IMG/VR virus record: IMGVR_UViG_3300034061_004620
Origin: a virus
Taxonomy: Duplodnaviria; Caudoviricetes
Reading direction: 5' to 3' (one strand)
DNA: 64,000 nucleotides
The first letter of the stretch is position 1. Each line of letters opens with the position of its first letter. Position numbers and translations under genes: made by a program. The notes under the pieces are model-generated. The model was not told the origin of the DNA. It searched no databases and worked only from the letters and a program-made list of their open reading frames with translations. Shown piece by piece: positions 56,727 through 64,000 of this stretch.

Positions 56727-57560
56727 ATGAAAATCTATGACTGTTTTACATTTTTTAACGAATTTGAGCTATTAGAACTCAGATTACGTGAGCTTTACGA
56801 TCATGTGGATCATTTTGTTTTGGTTGAAGCCAATAGAACTTTCCAAAATAAAGAGAAATCACTTTACTATAAAGAAAATGCTGCCCGCTTTGCTCAGTGG
56901 GCAGATAAAATAATTCATTGGGTCGTTGAAGATATGCCAACAGACACGGACACATGGGGCAGAGAACGTCATCAACGAGATGCCATAGTGCAAGCGGTTG
57001 CTGATGCGGAATCAGATGATATCATACTCATTGGTGATGCAGATGAAATACCCAGACCGGAAACTATTGAATATCTAAAGAAAAGTGATCAGGGTATCTG
57101 GGGCTTTAGAATGCCATTGTTCAATTTTAAATACAACTACATGTTAACAAATCAAGATTGCTATTCTGTGTGGAGCGGTGCTGTAAGAAAAAAGCTATTG
57201 GTCAGCGCAGAAGATTTTAGACGTATGCGACATGTACTTGGTGGATTAGAATACGGTTATAAAGACAACGTGGTTGAAATAGTAGAACATGCAGGATGGC
57301 ATTTTACATATCTTGGCAACGAAGAGTTTGCAAAGACCAAAATACAAAGTTTTGCACACGCAGAAACTAATACGCCAGACATAGTAGATCAGCTGGACAT
57401 AGAGGCCAGTATAGTTCGCGGCGCTGGCATTATTCAAACAGATGTTAATTATAGATTTTCTCCTGTGGCTGTTGACAATTATTTGCCGTTATCGGTACAG
57501 AAAAGTACACATATAATTCAAGGAAACTTTCCTTCTGCGAAAGAATTTTTGCCAAAGTAG
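56727..57560 (+). CDS. GT17 (beta-1,4-N-acetylglucosaminyltransferase-like) glycosyltransferase
   Basis: MKIYDCFTFFNE..LRL.EL..VD.FV.VE..TF, RE..QR, GDADEIP, GWHFTY..KIQSFAH. Confidence 0.88.
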   Translation: MKIYDCFTFFNEFELLELRLRELYDHVDHFVLVEANRTFQNKEKSLYYKENAARFAQWADKIIHWVVEDMPTDTDTWGRERHQRDAIVQAVADAESDDIILIGDADEIPRPETIEYLKKSDQGIWGFRMPLFNFKYNYMLTNQDCYSVWSGAVRKKLLVSAEDFRRMRHVLGGLEYGYKDNVVEIVEHAGWHFTYLGNEEFAKTKIQSFAHAETNTPDIVDQLDIEASIVRGAGIIQTDVNYRFSPVAVDNYLPLSVQKSTHIIQGNFPSAKEFLPK

Positions 57561-57564
57561 CGTT

Positions 57565-57582
57565 TTGTAACACGCTTGTAAT
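57565..57582 (+). promoter_or_regulatory. Pho box (PhoB site) upstream of pstS
   Basis: TTGTAAC-ACGC-TTGTAAT, 11-bp-period direct repeat matching CTGTCAT-N4-CTGTCAY; TAAATA at 57594-57599 and palindrome TGTGCA-A-TGCACA at 57604-57616 follow. Confidence 0.6.
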
Positions 57583-57634
57583 CTTACGATGTTTAAATAT
57601 TTGTGTGCAATGCACATTAAATGGAGATTACAAC

Positions 57635-58660
57635 GTGAAAAAATTATTAGCAGTTGTGTTTGCTACACTGACCGGGTATGCCGGAGCAGCAGAACTAACA
57701 GGAGCAGGAGCAACATTTCCTTTTCCTATCTATGCCAAATGGGCCGAAGCCTATAAAGCTGCCACTGGTATTGGACTTAACTATCAATCAATTGGTAGCG
57801 GTGGTGGTATCAAACAAATCAAAGCCAAGACGGTGGACTTTGGTGCCAGCGACATGCCATTGAAGCCAGAAGAGCTTGAAAAAGAAGGCTTGATGCAGTT
57901 TCCGGCTGTTATTGGAGGAGTAGTACCAGTATACAACTTAGATGGTGTTGCACCGGGTCAATTGAAGTTGACACCAGAAATTATTGCAAACATTCATCTT
58001 GGTAAAATTACAAAGTGGAACGATAGATCAATTGTAGAATTAAATGCTGGTGTTAATTTACCAGCACTCAATATTACAGTTGTACATCGTGCAGATGGCT
58101 CAGGTACTACATTTATTTGGACAAACTTCTTAGGCAAAGCAAATACAGAATTTGCTAAAACTGTTGGCGAAGGCACAGCAGTCAAGTGGCCAACGGGTGT
58201 AGGTGGCAAAGGTAATGAAGGTGTTGCTGTTCAAGTACAAAGAATCAAAGGTGCATTTGGCTATGTAGAATATGCATATGCCAAAAGAAACAAAATTGCA
58301 CATGCTCAATTACGAAATCGTGATGGTGTTTTTGTACAACCAAGCGATGACACATTCAAGGCAGCAGCAGCTAATGCAGATTGGGCTAATGCACCAGGTA
58401 TGTATTTGTTACTAACTTGGCAGACAGGTAAGGATGCTTGGCCAGCCACAGGTGCAAGTTTTATTCTCATGCACAAGCAACAGGCAGACGCATTAACAGG
58501 TCGTGCAGTTCTCAAATTCTTTGATTGGAGTTGGAAGAATGGTGCCAAGATGAGTGAAGAGTTAGAATATGTTCACTTACCACAGGCAGTTATTAAATTA
58601 AATCAGGACAACTGGAAACGAGATCTAAAAGGTCCTGATAGCAACTCAATTTGGAAATAA
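57635..58660 (+). CDS. pstS: Phosphate ABC transporter substrate-binding protein
   Basis: GTG start after GGAG; signal peptide; TGAGATFP.P.Y.KW, NYQSIGSGGG, DFGASD, HRADGSGTT, GYVEYAYA. Confidence 0.97.
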   Translation: MKKLLAVVFATLTGYAGAAELTGAGATFPFPIYAKWAEAYKAATGIGLNYQSIGSGGGIKQIKAKTVDFGASDMPLKPEELEKEGLMQFPAVIGGVVPVYNLDGVAPGQLKLTPEIIANIHLGKITKWNDRSIVELNAGVNLPALNITVVHRADGSGTTFIWTNFLGKANTEFAKTVGEGTAVKWPTGVGGKGNEGVAVQVQRIKGAFGYVEYAYAKRNKIAHAQLRNRDGVFVQPSDDTFKAAAANADWANAPGMYLLLTWQTGKDAWPATGASFILMHKQQADALTGRAVLKFFDWSWKNGAKMSEELEYVHLPQAVIKLNQDNWKRDLKGPDSNSIWK

Positions 58661-58669
58661 GGATCAATT

Positions 58670-60076
58670 ATGAAAACATTTACAAAAATTGCTCTTGCTA
58701 TCAGTTTAGCTTTTAGTGCACCAGCTTATGCCGACGATTATCTTGATACTTTGAAAATTTTAAAAGATAAAGGTATTTTAACACAAACTGAATATGACAC
58801 CAAAGTTCAAGCACATGAAGAAAAAGCAGAAAATAAAAAGTTTGCAGAACAGCGAATCGACAAAGATGTCAGCGACTCTGTCAAATACAGACAAGCCAGA
58901 GCTAATGACGGATCAGTTACAGAAAATGGAATTGGACTCAAAAGCAAAGATGGCAACAATACCATCCAACTTACAGGTCGATTACATATGGACTATCGTC
59001 AGTACTCCCCGGATTATGGTACAGGTCAAACCACGGATTCGTATCAGAACACCGCTGAAGCACGACGAGCCAGATTTGGAGTAAGAGGACAGTTTGCCAA
59101 AGACTTCAAATATCAATTGTTAGCAAACTTTGGTGCCAGTGACGGTTTTAGCTCAACATCAAGTACAGCAGACGAAATGTGGGTCAACTATGCTGCTAAT
59201 CCAGAAATGCAATTTCAGTTTGGATTGTTTAAAATGCCTTTCAGTTTAGAACAAATGACCAGTTCAAATAATCTGGATTTCATGGAGCGTAGTTTAATTG
59301 GCCAAAACGACAGTGAATTAATTCCTGCTAAAGAAACTGGATTCATGCTGCATGGTATTCCTAAGCCTGGGTTAACTTATGCTATTGCGGCCAGTCGCGG
59401 CAAAAGTAATAAGAGTGCCGAGTTCGATGGATTTGACTACATTGGTCGTGTAACTACAAACATTGCCGAACTGACCGGAAGCAAAGCATATACAGCACAC
59501 CTTGGTGCTGCTTATAGCACAGGTGAAATCAAGGGCGGTGTTATTCCAGTAAGCGGCAGAACAGAATCACGTATGCAGTCAGCATGGTTTACCGGATCTG
59601 CTCTCAGCGGTGCAACTACAAGAACACGCCAAGGACTTGAGGCCGCATTTGCTTATAATGCTTTCAAAGTACAAGGCGAGCAGTTTAATTTTAGATATGA
59701 TCCTGCCACTGGAGACAATCAAGAAATTCGTGGATATTATGCACAAGCTGTTTATAACCTAACTGGTGAATCTCACGCATATAAAGATGGAACATTTGGT
59801 TGGATTAAGCCAAACAACCCTGTTGACAAAGGCGGCAGCGGCGCTTGGCAAGTAGGTGTACGTATGAGTGAATTTGATGCCAGTGATATCACGGTAGCCA
59901 CAGGCAAATCAAATCGTGCTACTGCTATGACATATGGAATCACCTGGTTCTGCACAGACAACCTACGTTTTATGTTAAACTACGTGGATACAAAGTTTGA
60001 TGCATTAGTTGGCAGTTCGGGTAGTCGTGTAAATGGTGACAAAGCAGTAATGTTCAGAAGTCAGCTTAGTTTTTAA
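58670..60076 (+). CDS. oprP: OprO/OprP-family phosphate-selective porin
   Basis: Signal peptide, G.LHMDY, RRARFGV.G, G.FK.PFSLE..TSSN...FMERS, LRFMLNY, C-terminal QLSF. Confidence 0.88.
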   Translation: MKTFTKIALAISLAFSAPAYADDYLDTLKILKDKGILTQTEYDTKVQAHEEKAENKKFAEQRIDKDVSDSVKYRQARANDGSVTENGIGLKSKDGNNTIQLTGRLHMDYRQYSPDYGTGQTTDSYQNTAEARRARFGVRGQFAKDFKYQLLANFGASDGFSSTSSTADEMWVNYAANPEMQFQFGLFKMPFSLEQMTSSNNLDFMERSLIGQNDSELIPAKETGFMLHGIPKPGLTYAIAASRGKSNKSAEFDGFDYIGRVTTNIAELTGSKAYTAHLGAAYSTGEIKGGVIPVSGRTESRMQSAWFTGSALSGATTRTRQGLEAAFAYNAFKVQGEQFNFRYDPATGDNQEIRGYYAQAVYNLTGESHAYKDGTFGWIKPNNPVDKGGSGAWQVGVRMSEFDASDITVATGKSNRATAMTYGITWFCTDNLRFMLNYVDTKFDALVGSSGSRVNGDKAVMFRSQLSF

Positions 60077-60092
60077 ATTAGATAGTAAATCG

Positions 60093-60160
60093 GGCACAAA
60101 GATAGAGTGCCACTGGAACTCGTAACCAGAAACAAATGGGCAACCAAAGTTGCCTATTTT
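60093..60160 (+). terminator. Three consecutive hairpins after oprP, the last terminator-like
   Basis: GGCAC-9-GTGCC, CTGG-9-CCAG, GGGCAAC-caaa-GTTGCCT-ATTTT. Confidence 0.55.
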
Positions 60161-60161
60161 C

Positions 60162-60190
60162 TTGACTTGATGCTGCGGTGCATATATAAT
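60162..60190 (+). promoter_or_regulatory. Sigma70-type promoter
   Basis: TTGACT-17 nt-TATAAT. Confidence 0.85.
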
Positions 60191-60222
60191 TCGTTCTGTA
60201 ATTTTAAACAAGGAGAAGTAAA

Positions 60223-60792
60223 TTGAAATTAGTAAAAATTGTAGTAGTAGCAGCAATGTTGGTAGCAGGTGCAGCACAAGCAGCAGGTTATACCACATTT
60301 GAGTATCATCAAGAAGAAAAACGTAGTGATTCGACCACAAGAGACAAATTTGGTATCGTAGTTGGCACCAAAACAGAAGGTGGACAAGACTACAGCATTA
60401 AACTTGATACCAACCAAAGCGCATGGGGTACAGGTAGTGTTGGTTCTGGTGTAGAAGTACGTGCCAGACAAAATTATCAATTGATTGGCAAAGTTAATTC
60501 ATATTATGGAATTAGACTTGGACAAAAATTGGGCACGGACGAAAGCTTTAGTCACTATGCAGCCGAAGCTGGTGTTAAGTTTCCGATCGCAGGTGCCTTG
60601 AGCGGAGATGTTGGTGCTCGTTATCGTGATGCATTTTCCGGCTCACAACCTTTCGACAGCACTCGCTATCATGCCATGATTTCATATGCAGTTAGTAAAT
60701 CTGATAGTGTGGGCTTGCGTTATAGCCAAGCATACGGCAACGCAGCCGAAGAGAAAAATGCTTATCGTGTAACCTGGACACACAGCTTCTAA
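60223..60792 (+). CDS. Small outer-membrane beta-barrel protein
   Basis: TTG start after AAGGAG; signal peptide (AQA cleavage site); alternating Y/G beta-strands; terminal Phe (VTWTHSF). Confidence 0.75.
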   Translation: MKLVKIVVVAAMLVAGAAQAAGYTTFEYHQEEKRSDSTTRDKFGIVVGTKTEGGQDYSIKLDTNQSAWGTGSVGSGVEVRARQNYQLIGKVNSYYGIRLGQKLGTDESFSHYAAEAGVKFPIAGALSGDVGARYRDAFSGSQPFDSTRYHAMISYAVSKSDSVGLRYSQAYGNAAEEKNAYRVTWTHSF

Positions 60793-60809
60793 TCGAACCG
60801 ATAGTTAAC

Positions 60810-60833
60810 AAAAGCCCCGCAAGGGGCTTTTTT
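60810..60833 (+). terminator. Rho-independent terminator
   Basis: AAAAGCCCC-gcaa-GGGGCTTTT-TT. Confidence 0.9.
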
Positions 60834-60840
60834 ATTGCCA

Positions 60841-60846
60841 TAAATA
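60841..60846 (+). promoter_or_regulatory. Late promoter TAAATA
   Basis: Directly after the terminator, 17 nt before ATG 60864. Confidence 0.6.
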
Positions 60847-60863
60847 GAGTATATAATTCAAAA

Positions 60864-61508
60864 ATGAAACGCTCTACGATAGCTTTGTTTATACACCAGC
60901 CCCGTTGTTCTGTACAATGTGCTAACGGGATGATTCGGGCTCTATCACCGCACTATGATTTTAAAATTTTTACCAAACACGAAATTGAAGACGACTTTTT
61001 CAACGATGTGGATTTGGTAGCTTTTCCTGGAGGTGACGGGGATTCTGACAGCTATGATTATTTGTTAAAACACCATGCACAAAGAATACGCAACTACGTA
61101 GCCGACGGCGGCCGATATCTGGGAATTTGTATGGGTGCATATTGGGCAGATACAGATTATTTTGGATTGTTGGATAGCGTCAGAGCTGTACAATACATAA
61201 CACAACCTAAAACTTGCACACGACGACCCCATGCCAAAGCCATGCCTATAAATTGGCGTGGTGAGCAGATAAAGATGTATTTTTATGATGGCTGCGCCTT
61301 AGTAGGTGATACCAGTAAATTTGAAACTGTGGCTACTTATTCCAACGGCGACCCTATGGCAATTATACAAGGACGCATTGGCTTAATTGGCTGTCATCCC
61401 GAAGCAGAGTACAACTGGTATCAATTACAAAGTTGGATGAAAAAAGAATGGCAAGGTTCAAAACATAGTTATCTACTGAATTTTGTTGACGAACTAATGC
61501 GTAGGTAA
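60864..61508 (+). CDS. Class I glutamine amidotransferase-like (BPL_N family) protein
   Basis: FPGG, YLGICMGAY (nucleophile elbow), GCHPE. Confidence 0.8.
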   Translation: MKRSTIALFIHQPRCSVQCANGMIRALSPHYDFKIFTKHEIEDDFFNDVDLVAFPGGDGDSDSYDYLLKHHAQRIRNYVADGGRYLGICMGAYWADTDYFGLLDSVRAVQYITQPKTCTRRPHAKAMPINWRGEQIKMYFYDGCALVGDTSKFETVATYSNGDPMAIIQGRIGLIGCHPEAEYNWYQLQSWMKKEWQGSKHSYLLNFVDELMRR

Positions 61509-61514
61509 TATAAT
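61486..61514 (+). promoter_or_regulatory. Sigma70-type promoter in the 3' end of the upstream gene
   Basis: TTGACG-17 nt-TATAAT. Confidence 0.8.
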
Positions 61515-61534
61515 TACAGCAACAAAGGATATAT

Positions 61535-61774
61535 ATGAATCATACATTTGATATAGACATCGAAATGATTGGGCGCATAAGCATCACTGCAACCACTAAC
61601 ATAATTGTTGCTGCTGTTGAACGACAAACTGGTCGACAAGTGTCAGATATTAAAGCAAGATACAATGACGAGAAGTTTGACGGATTTGATATTACATTTG
61701 ATCCTAAATTAAAAAGTTATCACAATTTTAAACCCTCTAAAGAATTTGTTGTGACTAATTTTGATGAGAATTAG
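61535..61774 (+). CDS. Hypothetical protein (79 aa)
   Basis: SD AAGGA, behind a sigma70 promoter. Confidence 0.65.
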   Translation: MNHTFDIDIEMIGRISITATTNIIVAAVERQTGRQVSDIKARYNDEKFDGFDITFDPKLKSYHNFKPSKEFVVTNFDEN

Positions 61775-61778
61775 TTAT

Positions 61779-61807
61779 TTGACTTTTGTTAAATAAAGTG
61801 TTAAAAT
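61779..61807 (+). promoter_or_regulatory. Sigma70-type promoter
   Basis: TTGACT-17 nt-TAAAAT. Confidence 0.75.
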
Positions 61808-61835
61808 AATATATCAATCTAACCAAGGATATATT

Positions 61836-61985
61836 ATGTTTGAATCAATTGAAATCCGTAAAGTGGCAAATGGCTTTGTGGTTACTGTGAACATGGAAGA
61901 CGAAACTGTAGAGTACGTGTTCGACACCGCTCGCAAAGCAATGAGTCATATCAAGCAATTTATTGCACCAAAAGCAGGCGAATAA
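61836..61985 (+). CDS. Small hypothetical protein (49 aa), missing from the ORF track
   Basis: MFESIEIRKVANGFVVTVNMEDETVEYVFDTARKAMSHIKQFIAPKAGE; SD AAGGA; its stop overlaps TAAATA 61983-61988. Confidence 0.7.
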   Translation: MFESIEIRKVANGFVVTVNMEDETVEYVFDTARKAMSHIKQFIAPKAGE

Positions 61986-62014
61986 ATACTTTATTCAACA
62001 ATTATTGAGGATTC

Positions 62015-63052
62015 ATGTCAAAAAAAACAGTATTAGTAACCGGCGGCGCCGGATTTATTGCACATCATGTTATTGATTTAATTTTACGTAGTACGGACTG
62101 GAACGTTGTCTGTTTAGATAGATTAGATATATCTGGAAACTTAAACAGACTGGCGGATATGTTGATGTATCATAATCCGGCAACTACCAGGAGTAGAATA
62201 CGTATTGTATTTCATGACCTAAAAGCCGAAATAAACAGTCAAATCACCCAAGACATTGGACCTGTAGATATCATTTTACATCTTGCTGCAGGCAGTCATG
62301 TGGATCGCAGTATTCAATATCCCATGGAGTTTGTACAGGACAACGTGGTAGGTACTGTTAACTTATTAGATTATGCCAGAAAGAATCTCCCTAATTTGGA
62401 GAAGTTTGTATACTTTTCCACCGACGAGATATATGGGATTGCACCACCTGGTGTGGCCTATAAGGAATATGATAGATATAACAGTACCAATCCTTACTCT
62501 GCGAGTAAGGCAGCGGCCGAAGAGTTTTGTGTGGCATATGAAAACACTTACAAGATGCCCATTGTAGTTACCCATACCATGAACGTGTTTGGTGAGCGAC
62601 AACATCCAGAAAAGTTTATTCCCAGCACAATTCAAAAGGTGAGAGATGGCGAAACAGTCATTATACATTCGGATCCCTCCAGGACCGTTGCAGGAAGTAG
62701 GATGTATATCCATGCTCGTGACGTCGCTTCGGGTCTTATGTTCATACTCGGTCTCGAGAACTATACTCATAGGGGTGACTATGGCCACGCCCACTGTCCA
62801 AAATTCAACTTGGTTGGTACTGAGGAGATTGATAATCTCACTCTTGCACAAATGATTGCCAGTGCTGTGGGCAAGGAACTAAAATACGAAATGACTGACT
62901 TTCATACCAGTCGCCCCGGCCACGACATGCGTTATGCATTAGATGGTTCGCTGTTACGAGAGCTTGGGTGGGAACCTGGTATCAAATTGAGTGATCGAAT
63001 TGAAGCTATGGTACAATGGACGCTTGCCAACGACAGATGGTTACGTAAATGA
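62015..63052 (+). CDS. rfbB: dTDP-glucose 4,6-dehydratase (second paralogue)
   Basis: VTGGAGFI, HLAAGSHVDRSI, STDEIYG, YSASK, NVFGERQHPEKFIP, RPGHDMRY. Confidence 0.9.
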   Translation: MSKKTVLVTGGAGFIAHHVIDLILRSTDWNVVCLDRLDISGNLNRLADMLMYHNPATTRSRIRIVFHDLKAEINSQITQDIGPVDIILHLAAGSHVDRSIQYPMEFVQDNVVGTVNLLDYARKNLPNLEKFVYFSTDEIYGIAPPGVAYKEYDRYNSTNPYSASKAAAEEFCVAYENTYKMPIVVTHTMNVFGERQHPEKFIPSTIQKVRDGETVIIHSDPSRTVAGSRMYIHARDVASGLMFILGLENYTHRGDYGHAHCPKFNLVGTEEIDNLTLAQMIASAVGKELKYEMTDFHTSRPGHDMRYALDGSLLRELGWEPGIKLSDRIEAMVQWTLANDRWLRK

Positions 63053-63762
63053 TAAAACATTGTTTTGTAGTAACCAGTGCTATAAATTCAAAGTTTGGTG
63101 TATATACTCCAGCAGCAAGATTACAGCAAACACTAATGACACTGGCCAGTGTTAGATCTCGTGCTCCGGGATCTAAGATAATCGTAATGGAGTGCACCGG
63201 AACACCACTAACAGACGCCCAAAGTCAACTGTTAGAAGAAAATTGTGATCTTTTGGTAGATTTCAGTCGGGACTCAGATGTTCGAGCTATCTACGACAGT
63301 ACTGATAATTGGGACATTGTAAAAAACAGTACTGAAATAATGTGTTTTGGTAAAACTTTGCGTATGTGTTTGGATGACGGTGATTTTGAAGGTGTTGACA
63401 GAATACACAAGATGTCGGGTCGTTATGTGTTAAACGACAATTTTGATTTATCAGTATATGAACAACATGCTGAAAGAATAATTATTGGACCAAAAAATCA
63501 AAGTCAATTTCCTTACGAGGTAACTGGCATTGAATTGCAATACATGGCCAGACTATGGTCATGGCCAGCCAATCAAACAGAACATGTGATTCAGACTTAC
63601 ACAGACAGTTTGAACTACATAGCTCAACGTGTGGCAGCAGGAGGGTATGCCGACATTGAACATGTGCTTTATAAATTCCTGCCACCAGATCTTGTGACAG
63701 AAATACCAGTGTTAGGTGTTGAAGGCAGCATTGCGCCCAATGGAGTAGCTATTAAAAACTAA
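63049..63762 (+). CDS. Hypothetical protein in the sugar operon
   Basis: FVVTSAI..RL.QT..TL.S.., KMSGRY.L, DIEH.LY; probably glycan-related, from context only. Confidence 0.5.
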   Translation: MIKHCFVVTSAINSKFGVYTPAARLQQTLMTLASVRSRAPGSKIIVMECTGTPLTDAQSQLLEENCDLLVDFSRDSDVRAIYDSTDNWDIVKNSTEIMCFGKTLRMCLDDGDFEGVDRIHKMSGRYVLNDNFDLSVYEQHAERIIIGPKNQSQFPYEVTGIELQYMARLWSWPANQTEHVIQTYTDSLNYIAQRVAAGGYADIEHVLYKFLPPDLVTEIPVLGVEGSIAPNGVAIKN

Positions 63763-63763
63763 T

Positions 63764-64000
63764 ATGGAAAATTGTCAAGAACTTAAACATTGTTTGGCTT
63801 GCGGCAACAAAAGTTTACAATTAGAACTTACCTTAGGCAATCAGCCTCTTGCGAATAATTTTAAGAAAAACTTAGAGGAAGAGGATCATTACCCGTTGGC
63901 AGTAAACAGATGTACGCAGTGTTGTCATTTGCAATTAACTCACATAGTTGATCCTGCTATCATTTATAAAAATTATTCTTATGTGAGCGGAACAAGTCAA
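63764..64000 (+). CDS. NDP-hexose C-methyltransferase-like protein, N-terminal Zn domain (3'-truncated)
   Basis: MENCQELKHCLACG..LG.QPLANNF..YPL.V..C..C.HLQL..VDP..IY..Y.Y.SGTS. Confidence 0.8.
   Translation, partial: MENCQELKHCLACGNKSLQLELTLGNQPLANNFKKNLEEEDHYPLAVNRCTQCCHLQLTHIVDPAIIYKNYSYVSGTSQ

Noticed and set aside
60112-60130. tRNA-Thr(CGT) suggested by CTCGTAA in a hairpin loop
   Set aside because: No acceptor stem, D arm or GTTC T-loop; loop geometry does not fit a cloverleaf.
57560-60800. Host chromosomal contamination (pstS/oprP/OMP)
   Set aside because: No pstCAB/phoU follow, a phage-type TAAATA precedes pstS, and phage-style genes flank both sides with minimal gaps. Read mapping would be the final check.
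1-64000. Stop-codon reassignment as in some jumbo phages
   Set aside because: Core genes are full length in the standard code, and TAA, TGA and TAG all end genes at expected places.

Overview
The window is a 64-kb piece of a large T4-like (gp17/gp18/gp19/gp32/UvsX/UvsY) myovirus genome in the standard genetic code. The host is probably a Gram-negative bacterium; the PstS/OprP pair looks betaproteobacterial, which is inference from memory of the families, not a search. Layout: 0-6 kb tail-fibre/virion proteins with a CstII/Maf-like glycosyltransferase; 6-20.6 kb neck, tail and packaging genes (gp15, gp14, gp13, dNMP kinase, gp18, gp19, gp4, TerS-like); 20.6-32 kb low-complexity proteins with T4 capsid-targeting-like leaders, repeated (L/I/V/M)-x-E sites and a shared LxxLAG helix, one carrying SLT and M15 peptidoglycan hydrolases; 33-38 kb HNH, TerL and a 2OG oxygenase; 38-50 kb gp32/uvsX/uvsY interleaved with five radical-SAM genes, a sulfotransferase, an SDR and methyl/nucleotidyl transferases; 52-57.5 kb and 62-64 kb late-promoter-driven NDP-sugar and glycosyltransferase operons including a split transketolase; 57.6-60.8 kb a Pho-box-pstS-oprP cassette and a second outer-membrane protein. 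Best candidates for undescribed biology: (i) a polyprotein-like internal-head cargo system, (ii) a radical-SAM plus branched-sugar glycan-building system, (iii) regulation by late promoters placed inside RBS-sequestering hairpins and by near-leaderless mRNAs. No tRNA, rRNA, CRISPR, intron or intein was recognised. All product calls come from motif reading; no database searches were run.
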